A stretch of 64,000 bases of DNA from Anolis carolinensis. Taxonomy: Eukaryota. The stretch's first letter is position 1. Each line of letters begins with the position of its first letter. Of the stretch, positions 38,386 through 48,148 are shown in pieces. Made by a program: the position numbers and the translations under genes. A model generated the notes under the pieces. That model was not told the DNA's origin. It was given only the letters and a program-made list of their open reading frames with translations, and did not search any database. The stretch is taken from NCBI RefSeq assembly GCF_035594765.1, contig NC_085844.1, positions 27,543,923 to 27,607,922 on the forward strand. The letters are read 5' to 3'.

Positions 38386-40559
38386 TGTTATCGAAAATTA
38401 GACCCCAGAATTACAAATTATGAGACGAGGGTCCATTGGTATATACAGAACACCCACATTGCCTTTTCTGTTTTGCCCTGTAATGCAGAAATCGTATTAT
38501 ACTCTAGCTCTGCTGCTTCTTGCTCTCTTGGCTTTGTTGGTTTTATTGGCCGCATAATAATTTTAAATAAATTTTAATTGTGGTTTTATATAAATTTATG
38601 TTTATGTTTTTATGTTAGATGTAAATTAATTGACAAGTTAGGATATTATTTAATTTCTGGTTATAATATTAGATGCTGGTTTATTTTGGGATCTGATTGG
38701 TTCGTTATTTGTACTTGCATTTATGAATGTACTATGACATTGAATGTTTGCAATTTTTGTTGGAATCCGCCCTGAGCTCTCTTGGGAAGATGGGGCAGAA
38801 TATAAATAAAGTTGTTTATTATTATCATCATCATCATCATCATCATCATCAATAACCTCTCAGGAAATTTCCTTGGAATGTTGGCTCACCACACCTCGAA
38901 CTTCAAAAATTAATTACCCAAATTATCATATTCCTTTCACAATGCGCCAGTAGACTCTGGGAGAGCACACAATGGGCTTGCGTAAGAGCCCCTGGGTCTT
39001 TTTTCCTGTCTCACCTGATATGATCTAGGTTATTTCTAGGAACATTTCATCTCCAATGCCCCCAAACCAGCCCTGCCCTTGCGATACCCATTGAGATGGC
39101 TATCACATTAAGCACCCATTGTTTCTCTGAACTAACACCATTGTATCAACTAGAGCTAGAATATGAAGGCCAATATCAAATGCCCCACTTCATTCCTTTC
39201 TGATCACACATTTCTCATAGGTGGATCAATAAATAGACACACTCTTCAAAATAGTCCAGTAAAAGTTTATTGAAGTAATGATGTTGGGTGGAGCCCTGGA
39301 CTTCTCAGGGAATGGATCCTAGCTGGACATTTTCTGAGCCAATTAGGAGTCAGCATGGTAGACTTGAATAGCTGTCAAAATAAAATAAAATGTGCTATGT
39401 ATTCACAACTGCAGTATGTCGATTCTTTGGAGTGCTATATCCGTTGACGACATCCCTGGCTATTGAGAATAAAGCCTCTGATTTTGCCTTCAGCCCATCT
39501 GTGTCTTATCTTATCTTATGGAAGCTTGGCACTCTGGATCCTAAACATGTGGTTTTAGCAGAGCTGAAATCACACAACAGTATTCCTGGTAAGGTATGGC
39601 CAGAGCAAAATAGAGTGACTATAACCATTGGGCTATTACTTCCAACAATTGATGAAATCCTGCCCTCGGGAATACTGTATCTTCCTCCTCTATATAGCTC
39701 ACTTTTAAACTCCCCTGATAAGATTTGTAAGACCCTTGGCAAAGATATTCCTGATAACTATTGTGAAGTACAACCCATCACTTGACAGAAGTCTGTCTCC
39801 TTGAAAACGAGGGCCCATTTACACTGCATAATTATAGTCTGATAACCCCACTTTATCTGGTTTAACAACATCCTATGGAATCCTCGTTTGCAATTTGTTC
39901 AGGCGTCTACATAGTGTAATTCAAAATTGTCAGAAGGGAAGAAATCAAATAAAATATTGGTTCTTAGTAGTCTTCCTTAAGAAGTCGTTCCAAGAAATGG
40001 AAATTTTGCTTACCTAAGAAATAAGAGGAACACAACATTTAACAATAGAAAATAGGAGACACAATCCCTGAGACATGCACATACTGTACTTGAATGCTAT
40101 GGACAGTTTTGTTGGTTGAATCTCAAAGAGAATAGTGTAAAAAATTATAAAAAGGCCAAAAGAGGCCACAAAAATGTTCAGAAACTCAAAGGAGCCCTTA
40201 CCACAAGAAAATATTACAATGTAGTTTTTTCTATTAGGAGAAAATGTAAGTAAGGGAGTAAAAGACAAGAGAGCTATATAACATTAAAATGGCATAAAAT
40301 GTATCTGTGTCCCATAATAGCAGAATGAAGGATCGTCCATTGAAATTATGGCTTGATATTCATGGCACGTAAAAAGAAGTCCCTTTTCTCATTGTGCACA
40401 GTTGAACTATAGATTTTACTACCATAAAATGTAATGAGGGTCACCAATATGGTCATTTTAAAAGGGATTAGAAAAGCTCATGCTGAATAAAACTGTCAGT
40501 GTCTACTAATCATGATGTCAATGTATCACTTCCTTTGATGTCAGATGCATTTGGTCTCA

Positions 40560-40790
40560 CAGACAGCCAAACATCCTAAAGACACCAAATCCTGTCTGAT
40601 CTTGGAACCCATGCAGGGTCAGTTCTGGTTAGTTCTCGAGACCACCAATGAATACCAGGTGCTGCAGGCTATATTTCTGAGGCAGGAACTGTCAAAATCA
40701 CCTCCAAGTATTCCTTGCCTAAGAAAACCCTGTGAGATTCATAGGATCACTATAAATTGACTGGCAACTTGAAGACACATATACATACTA
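40560..40790 (+). mobile_element. 5S rRNA-derived SINE (SINE3 type)
   Basis: gtctgatcttggaa...gcagggtcag...tggttagt...gagacc...gaataccaggtgctgcaggct follows 5S rRNA, then the RTE-like tail shared with the CORE-type SINEs. Confidence 0.75.
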
Positions 40791-41306
40791 GTTGCAGGGA
40801 AGCATAAAGAGACAGGTGCCAGTGTATGTATCTAATATAACAGGACTCTTCCTATATAGTGATTTGAAACTGGAGGCTAGCTTTCAAATCCCTGCTTACC
40901 CATGGAAGTCCATTGTGTGGCCTTAGCCAAGTCAAACTCTTTCAGCCTCAGGAAGGCAAACTTCCCCTGGACAAATCTTGGTAAGAAAACTTTGTGATTT
41001 ATGTCCTAAGATGCACTATAAATTGGAAATAACTTGAAGGCAAGCAACAACAATAATAACAACAAAGGAATTTGGAACGTTCATTACTATCTATCTATTG
41101 AGTATCATCAATGTGATTAGCCTGAGGGAACCCTTTCTTCACTTGGCACAGTATAATAGTATGACTCGCAATAAGGATAAGAGTTACTGTATCCTTGAAA
41201 TGTAACTGTATTAGTCTGTTTTAAGAAGGGAAAAATGCATCATCTAAAAGGCCAACATGTTGGCGGCATAAGCTTTCATTGGCTAAACCATATTTCTGGT
41301 ACATGA

Positions 41307-42543
41307 TGTTGCACCCCTAGGCTGCAAAGAAAACTTAAAATCACACTGGAGCTCCAGGCTACAAGTAATGCAAGCTGTTTATTGAAGATAATATGTAAGC
41401 ATTAGTAAATCAAAGTTCAAAGTCACTAAAACAAGGTAATAGTCCACAAGGTACGAGGCACTTGGAAATCTTGAAGCAAGGGTCCATAGAAATCCAAACA
41501 TAATAATAAACTTCAATCAAGGTAGTCAAAATTAGTCCAAGGGACAGGATCATGAACTGGAACAGGAGATTCAAAATGCAAGGCTTTTAGGAACATGACA
41601 TGATAATCCAAAATACCCAGGAACAGGAACAAGAACTGGAACAAGGCTCAAGGTACAAGGCTTACAGGAACTTGGCATGAAAATCCAAAAGTACAAGGCA
41701 TGAAAATCCACAGGAACAAGTGCATGAAGCAGGATCAAACCTCTCGATGAGCAAAGTTACCACCTCTGAGCTCACTCTCAGAAGCAGTTCCTCTTAAAGC
41801 TAGAGTCAAGGCCCCTTTCCGTGGGAAGTTTCTTCAAAACCCTTTCACATGCTTCTTCTCAAAATGTCCCTTTCTTTTCACTGTTGACATATTGCTTTCT
41901 TTCTGTAAACCTCATTACTCTTATCAAGACTGGAATGCCCATCTGCCAAGGGATAACTCGACGTTGACTTTCCCAAGTAATGCGGTTCAAGCTGCTTGCT
42001 TGAAACCATTGTATGCCTGCTCCCAGAATCCTCAGGAACAGCAGACTCATCTAACTCTGGCTGTACAGAATCATCTACCACTGGCTGCATGGGATTTTTA
42101 GGCCCCAACCGAGATTCAGTTGACAGGTCAGGTGCAGGTACAATCACAAGCTGAACAGGCCCAACCCCAGGCTCACCTGACAGTTCAGATTCAGGCTGGA
42201 ATACAACTTCTTCTTCTTCTTTATTCGGTCAGTCGTTTACAACTCTTCGTGACCTCATGGACCAATCTGCGCCGCCCCCAGTCCCTTCAAGTTCATGCCA
42301 GTAACTTCAAGGATACCGTCCATCCATCTTGCCCTTGGTTGGCCTCTCTTCCTTTTCCCTTCCACTTTCCCCAGCATCATGATCTTTTCCAAGCTTTCCT
42401 GTCTTCTCATGATGTGGCTAAAATATTTCAACTTTGCCTCCAATATCCTTCCCTCCAGTGAGCAGCCGGGCATTATTTCCTGGAGGATGGACTGGTTGGA
42501 TCTTCTTGTGAAGAAGATCCAACCAGATGATTGGAATACAACA
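41307..42543 (-). mobile_element. Solo LTR interrupted near its 5' end by an RTE/BovB fragment
   Basis: TGTTG...CAACA termini; perfect 5-bp TSD catga (41302-41306, 42544-42548); minus-strand AATAAA ~41378; U3 frame +2 ORF. Confidence 0.87.
42208..42531 (-). mobile_element. RTE/BovB LINE 3' fragment
   Basis: KLKYFSHIMRRQESLEKIMMLGKVEGKRKRGQPRARWMD; (GAA)n tail; 11-bp TSD tggaatacaac (42197-42207, 42532-42542). Confidence 0.9.
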
Positions 42544-42706
42544 CATGAAGCAATTTGGGAAGAAAGAAAGAGCTTAAAAAGAGCTTTTATTTTATTTTAT
42601 TTTATTTTTATTTTTATTTTTTATTTAGAGAGTTTAATTTTACTGGTTGAGACTGAATCAATGAGGAAGTTCTAGATAGGAATAGCTTGGATCATTTCTT
42701 CAGTGC

Positions 42707-42838
42707 NNNNNNNNNNNNNNNNNNNNNNNNNNNNNNNNNNNNNNNNNNNNNNNNNNNNNNNNNNNNNNNNNNNNNNNNNNNNNNNNNNNNNNNNNNNNNN
42801 NNNNNNNNNNNNNNNNNNNNNNNNNNNNNNNNNNNNNN
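42707..42838. other. Assembly gap (132 N)
   Basis: Run of N. Confidence 1.
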
Positions 42839-43079
42839 GTTTTTATCTAATTTCAGGGAGACTCTGATAGGAAGTAGGTTTGAGAACCTGGTACTTAGGT
42901 CATAGGAAGTGATCACATAGGATTCGAGAGTTCTTGAGTTTTATTGATTGGTAAATTGATGGTCCCAGAATGTGAATGAAGGTATGTGTATGTTGAGCTG
43001 AAAGAGATAGTAGAAACGAGGGGTAATTTTGAAAGATTAGAGAGGTATATTATAGGAAGGTTTTTGAAAGGTAATAGGA

Positions 43080-44042
43080 ATGAGTTGGCAGGAAACATCG
43101 AGGGAAAACGAACTCTTTTTCCTATGTGATCTACTGGGAAAATCGTTCAGTACTGTTTTACAACAGTTGGAGACACTGAACAAGAAAATTGACCATCTTT
43201 TCAAAGGAATTTCCCTAATGGTGAAGAATCCTTCTCCTATAGACATTATACAAACTGTACCAACCAGCTTTATTAATATTAATGAGGAATTAAATGCTCT
43301 GGAAAGCCAGGGAAGAAAAAAGCTAGAGGAGCAGAAGGAAGGCAATAGGTCAGGCTTGGAAGGGGCCAGGGATGGGGTGGAGTCTTTATCTGGGGAAGAG
43401 AGTCAGAGTCAGGGGAGGGACGGCCGGAAGGAAACTAATAGAGTCTCTCAGAGGACAAACAACACGCTGTCCCCAGAACTGTTTGGACACTCCCTGGACA
43501 CTTACTGCAATTCCCAACATCTGTTGCGAACTAATAAGGTGGCAGTGGAAGTGCAAGACTCACTATTGAACAGAGGAAGATGGACATCTAAGCGAGCGGT
43601 CCGGACATCTCTCTCACAAATTCTATCTTTAAGCTGGTCGAAAGTGAAGATCAAGACTATCGACTGGCTTCGTAGAGACTATCAGTCCTGGAGCCGCTCC
43701 ATTTGTCTTCTCATTGGATTGGAAGACAGAACACTGATGGAGGAATTGTTTTTGTATAGGCCCAAACTTCAACAGTGGGGCATTACTCTCAGGAGGGTAC
43801 TAGTAGACCCATTGATTCGCCCCCTGGACATCAGGCGGAATCTTGGTAGACAAGATCCCCCAGGTTTAGGCCATGTCTATGTTACCTCTCAGTCCCGTTC
43901 TCAGACATCATTAGTGCCTAGCCCCCTTCCCACGCTAGATGATGATCTGTTAGATGACTCCTTTCCTCCTACACCAGCGGAGATAGGCCCCTCCTTTAAA
44001 CAACCAAGTATTGCTGATGATTTTCTATCTCAGGACAGCTGA
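43080..44042 (+). CDS. L2 LINE ORF1 protein (320 aa; predicted coiled coil and RRM-like domain)
   Basis: Long ORF immediately upstream of ORF2; heptad-like STVLQQLETLNKKIDHL; alternating strand/helix pattern in the central region. Confidence 0.75.
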   Translation: MSWQETSRENELFFLCDLLGKSFSTVLQQLETLNKKIDHLFKGISLMVKNPSPIDIIQTVPTSFININEELNALESQGRKKLEEQKEGNRSGLEGARDGVESLSGEESQSQGRDGRKETNRVSQRTNNTLSPELFGHSLDTYCNSQHLLRTNKVAVEVQDSLLNRGRWTSKRAVRTSLSQILSLSWSKVKIKTIDWLRRDYQSWSRSICLLIGLEDRTLMEELFLYRPKLQQWGITLRRVLVDPLIRPLDIRRNLGRQDPPGLGHVYVTSQSRSQTSLVPSPLPTLDDDLLDDSFPPTPAEIGPSFKQPSIADDFLSQDS

Positions 44043-44054
44043 CTATCCCCTTCA

Positions 44055-47000
44055 ATGGGCAACCTCAATCAGTCATCTCTCCAGGGGGGAGAGGGTTTCC
44101 ACGGGCAGGGTCTCATTGAGGTGGTTTGGGGGAGAAGGAAGAACGGTCACTTTCGACCCAGGGAGAAGCGCAACAGAGTTTTTGCGACCCTGGAGAGGAA
44201 TAGGTGTGGTAGTCTTCAGGACAGACCTCCCAGCCTTAAGGTCCTGCTTTTGAACGCCAGATCCGTCAACGGTAAAACAGCTGTTATCCAGGATTTGATC
44301 CTGGATGAGGGGGCGGATCTGGCATGCATCACCGAGACGTGGTTGGACGAGCAGGGTGGTGTGAATCTCACTCAGCTGTGCCCACCAGGTTTCGGGGTGC
44401 ATCAGCAGGCCAGGGCTGGGGGGCGGGGAGGAGGAGTCGCGGTGATCTTTCGGCAGTCCATCGCCCTGATCAGATGCGCCGTTCCGCAGTCTTCGAGGTT
44501 TGAGTGTGTCTTCCTGAAGGTGGGAGCCCGAGACAGCTTGGGGATTCTGCTGGTGTACCGTCCACCCCGCGACCCAGCAGTCTCTCTGTCCGAGCTAGCA
44601 GAAGTGGTCTCCAATTCGGCCCTGGTCTCCCAACAACTCATAGTTTTGGGGGACTTTAATATTCATGCCGAGACCTCTTTGACAGGTGCAGCTCAGGATT
44701 TCATGGTTGCCATGACGACCATGGGGCTGACTCAAGTTATATCTGGGCCCACACATCAGGCGGGACACACGCTGGACCTCGTCTTCATTGTGGACGGTGG
44801 GACAGTCAGAGTGGAAGAGCAAAATATTCTTCCATTGTCATGGTCTGACCATCATCTGATCTGTTTGAGTTTCGCCGTGTCTTCTAACCTCCGCAGGGGT
44901 GGTGGACCCATTAAGATGGTCCGCCCCAGGAGGCTGATGGATCCGGATGGACTCCTGAGGTCTCTTGGGGATCTTCCTGTTCTGGAGACTGGCGATCCTG
45001 TCGATGTCCTGGCTGATCGCTATAATAGTGAGCTGACAAGGGCACTTGACACGATCGCTCCCGAACGTCCTCTTTCGCTGCGTAGAGTCATGTCGACTCC
45101 TTGGTTCACTGAGGAGCTGGCTGTGATGAAGCGTGCGAGGAGGGGACTAGAGTGCATCTGGAGGAAATCTCGGGATGTGTCTGACCAAACACGGGCTAAA
45201 GCCGCTATTAAGGCTTACTCCGTGGCTCTGCGAGCAGCCAGGAAAGCTTTCACGACTGCCCGCATAGCGTCTGCGGCCAACAGGCCATCGGAGTTGTTCC
45301 GAGTTGTTGGGGAGCTCCTGCGGCCTCCTGAGACCCAGGGGCTTCCTGATGACTTGGCAACTAGGTGCAGCGATTTTGCGCACCACTTTGCAGGCAAAGT
45401 TGCTCAGATACGCCATGAGTTGGACTCCAGCTTAATTGTAGTTCCAGCGGAGGTAACCGAGGCACCTGTCTGTCCGATTTTGTGGGATTCTTTCCGGCTT
45501 GTTCTTCCGGATGACGTGGAGGGGATTCTTGGGTCTGTGAGGGCGACCACTTGTGCTCTGGATCCTTGTCCCTCTTGGCTGGTTAAGCAGGCCAAAGAGG
45601 GGTTGTTGGATTGGTTTGTGGCTATAATAAATGCCTCCCTGGGTCAGGGGTCATTTCCATCTTGTTTTAAGCAAGCGGTGGTAAAACCGTTACTAAAAAA
45701 GACCTCGCTAGACCCATCTGTATGTAACAACTACAGACCAATTTCCAACCTCCCGTTTTTGGGCAAGGTTCTGGAGCGGGTGGTGGCCACGCAGCTCCAG
45801 GAGTTCCTCGATGACACTGATTTTCTGGACCGCTCGCAGTCTGGCTTCAGGCCTGGGTACAGCACTGAGACGGCTTTGGTCGCCTTGGTGGATGACCTCC
45901 GCAGGGAACTGGACAGGGGGAGTGTGACCCTGCTGGTTCTCCTGGACATCTCTGCGGCTTTCGATACCATCGACCATGGTATCCTTCTGGGGAGGCTCTC
46001 CGGGATGGGACTCGGTGGCACTGTTTTGCAGTGGCTCCAGTCCTTCCTGGAGGGCCGTTCCCAGATGGTGAAGCTGGGGGATACCTGCTCGGACCCCTGG
46101 CCTTTGACCTGTGGGGTCCCGCAAGGGTCTATTTTATCCCCCATGCTTTTTAACATCTACATGAAACCGCTGGGAGAGGTCATCCGGAGTTTTGGAGGGT
46201 GTTGCCATCTCTACGCAGATGACACACAAATCCACTACTCGTTCCCACCTGACTCCAAGGAAGCTCCTTGGGTGCTGAACCAGTGCCTGGCCGCTGTGGC
46301 GGACTGGATGAGGAGGAACAAGCTGAGGATCAATCCTGACAAGACAGAGGCCCTCCTGGTCAGTCGCTCGTCGGATCGGGGTATTGGGTGGCAACCTGTG
46401 CTGGACGGGGTTGCACTCCCCCTGAAATCACAGGTCCGCAGTTTGGGGGTCCTCCTGGATTCAGCGCTGACGCTTGAAGCGCAGGTGTCGGCGGTGGCCG
46501 GGAGGGCTTTTGCACAACTCAAACTTGTGCGCCAACTGCGACCATACCTCGTGAAGTCTGACTTGACCACGGTGGTGCATGCATTAGTTACCTCTAGACT
46601 GGACTACTGTAATGCGCTCTACGTGGGGCTTCCCTTGAAGACGGCCCGGAAGTTACAGCTGGTCCAACGTTCGGCCGCCAGACTAATAACGGGGGCGAGT
46701 TACAGGGAGAGATCTACTCCCCTGTTTAAGGAGCTCCACTGGCTGCCGTTCATCTTCCGGTCCCAATTCAAGGTGCAGACCATCATTTATAAAGCCCTAA
46801 ACGGTTTGGGACCCGCCTACCTTCGTGACCGTATCTCCTATCATAAACCTGCCCGACCTCTCCGATCATCGGGGGAGGCCCTCCTGTCGCCACTACCTAT
46901 ATCTCAGGCTCGCCTTGTAGGAACAAGGGAGAGGGCCTTCTCTGCGGTGGCCCCTCGCTTGTGGAACTCGCTGCCCATTGAAATCAGGCAAGCCCCCACC

Positions 47001-47060
47001 CTTTTAGCCTTCAGGAAAGATTTAAAAACATGGCTCTTCCGGTGTGCTTTCGGAGAGTAA
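44055..47060 (+). CDS. L2 LINE ORF2: AP endonuclease and reverse transcriptase (1001 aa)
   Basis: APE motifs LLNARS, ITETWL, GDFN, LDL, SDH; RT motifs LDISAAFDTIDH, GVPQGSILSP, YADD; L2-type SRLDYCN and LHWLP. Confidence 0.97.
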   Translation: MGNLNQSSLQGGEGFHGQGLIEVVWGRRKNGHFRPREKRNRVFATLERNRCGSLQDRPPSLKVLLLNARSVNGKTAVIQDLILDEGADLACITETWLDEQGGVNLTQLCPPGFGVHQQARAGGRGGGVAVIFRQSIALIRCAVPQSSRFECVFLKVGARDSLGILLVYRPPRDPAVSLSELAEVVSNSALVSQQLIVLGDFNIHAETSLTGAAQDFMVAMTTMGLTQVISGPTHQAGHTLDLVFIVDGGTVRVEEQNILPLSWSDHHLICLSFAVSSNLRRGGGPIKMVRPRRLMDPDGLLRSLGDLPVLETGDPVDVLADRYNSELTRALDTIAPERPLSLRRVMSTPWFTEELAVMKRARRGLECIWRKSRDVSDQTRAKAAIKAYSVALRAARKAFTTARIASAANRPSELFRVVGELLRPPETQGLPDDLATRCSDFAHHFAGKVAQIRHELDSSLIVVPAEVTEAPVCPILWDSFRLVLPDDVEGILGSVRATTCALDPCPSWLVKQAKEGLLDWFVAIINASLGQGSFPSCFKQAVVKPLLKKTSLDPSVCNNYRPISNLPFLGKVLERVVATQLQEFLDDTDFLDRSQSGFRPGYSTETALVALVDDLRRELDRGSVTLLVLLDISAAFDTIDHGILLGRLSGMGLGGTVLQWLQSFLEGRSQMVKLGDTCSDPWPLTCGVPQGSILSPMLFNIYMKPLGEVIRSFGGCCHLYADDTQIHYSFPPDSKEAPWVLNQCLAAVADWMRRNKLRINPDKTEALLVSRSSDRGIGWQPVLDGVALPLKSQVRSLGVLLDSALTLEAQVSAVAGRAFAQLKLVRQLRPYLVKSDLTTVVHALVTSRLDYCNALYVGLPLKTARKLQLVQRSAARLITGASYRERSTPLFKELHWLPFIFRSQFKVQTIIYKALNGLGPAYLRDRISYHKPARPLRSSGEALLSPLPISQARLVGTRERAFSAVAPRLWNSLPIEIRQAPTLLAFRKDLKTWLFRCAFGE

Positions 47061-47914
47061 ATGTTCTATGCTACTCCCCCCTGATATTTATCCTCTAGAC
47101 TGGTTCACTATCTGATGTCCCGTCCCTCGAGGTTTTATTCTGATCCCTTTCTCACCCAGAGTTTTAATTTTTAATCTAGTTTTTAAATGTAGTATTCATG
47201 CGGCCCGCTCGTGTTATATTGCTGTTTTGATCTTATGTTGTACTGTTTTATTTTATGTAATGTATTATTTAATTGTATTATGTTATGGTCTATTGTATTG
47301 TCTTGGGCATGGCCCCATGTAAGCCGCCCCGAGTCCCCGTTGGGGAGATGGTGGCGGGGTATAAATAAAGTTTTATTATTTATTATTATTAAAATCATGC
47401 AAGCAGAAGTGCAAATAGCAGAATGAATCATTCCCTGAGCAGTGTTTGGCTTACCTTGAGGGTCAATTCCTGTTAGCATTTTCGGTTTTTCAAAGCTGAC
47501 TCTTGCTATGCTGACTATGCTTCCTCCAACATCGGATGGATCCATGCTGGCCTTTTTCACGTTATACAGTTATAGCCCTTTGTTCCTACTTCTATGGCTA
47601 GGGATCCTGTCTATGAAATCCTGAGATTTATAAGATCATGAGGTGTTTAGAATTATTTGTCAAGAACTCCAATGTCTGAGCCCAGGATTTTGTAGGATAC
47701 AGCTAAGATAGTTAAAGCACCATCCAAATGAGACAATTATGTAAACAGACCTTCTGAAGGAAATGAGTTTCAAGTCAGGAGCATGCCTTACAATCTCATC
47801 AAATGGGGCAATTTGCCATTGTACACTTCTTGCTCTCCCCTTTTGTGATGGAGCCCATTACACGATGCACATCTACTTCTGGCCGGACTCCGTGGTGAAA
47901 GGGGAGAGCAGGGA

Positions 47915-48148
47915 GGGCCTGGGCTGTGGCGCAGGCGGGAGAGCAAGCCAGCTGCAATTAACTGCAATGAATCACTCTGACAAGGAGGTCATGAGTTCGA
48001 GGCCCGCTCGGAGCCTATGTTTGTTTGTCTTTGTTTTATGTTAAAAGGCATTGAATGTTTGCCTATATGTGTAATGTGATCCGCCCTGAGTCCCCTTCGG
48101 GGTGAGAAGGGCGGAATATAAATGCTGTAAATAAATAAATAAATAAAA
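47915..48148 (+). mobile_element. Short L2-tailed tRNA SINE
   Basis: A box tggcgcagg, B box gagttcgaggcc; tail ccgccctgagtccccttcggggtgagaagggcgg(TAAA)n. Confidence 0.85.

Larger units (their letters stand above)
42839..47390 (+). mobile_element. Near full-length young L2-clade LINE (5' end obscured by the gap)
   Basis: ORF1, intact APE-RT ORF2, T-rich 3' UTR, stem-loop tail ccgccccgagtccccgttggggagatggtggcgggg and (TTA)-rich end. Confidence 0.93.

Noticed and set aside
39282-39547. Possible ERV-like solo LTR (CCAAT, AATAAA, ...CA end) and overlapping 131-aa ORF
   Set aside because: No TSD or clear 5' boundary; the ORF has no recognisable features.
40560-40670. 5S rRNA gene
   Set aside because: Diverged, internally deleted and fused to a SINE tail; it is a SINE head. 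The tRNA-like A/B boxes elsewhere are likewise SINE heads.
42687-42916. ORFs with X runs
   Set aside because: They span the assembly gap.
44073-46570. Many 60-140 aa antisense ORFs
   Set aside because: Shadows of the GC-rich L2 ORF2; no independent motifs.
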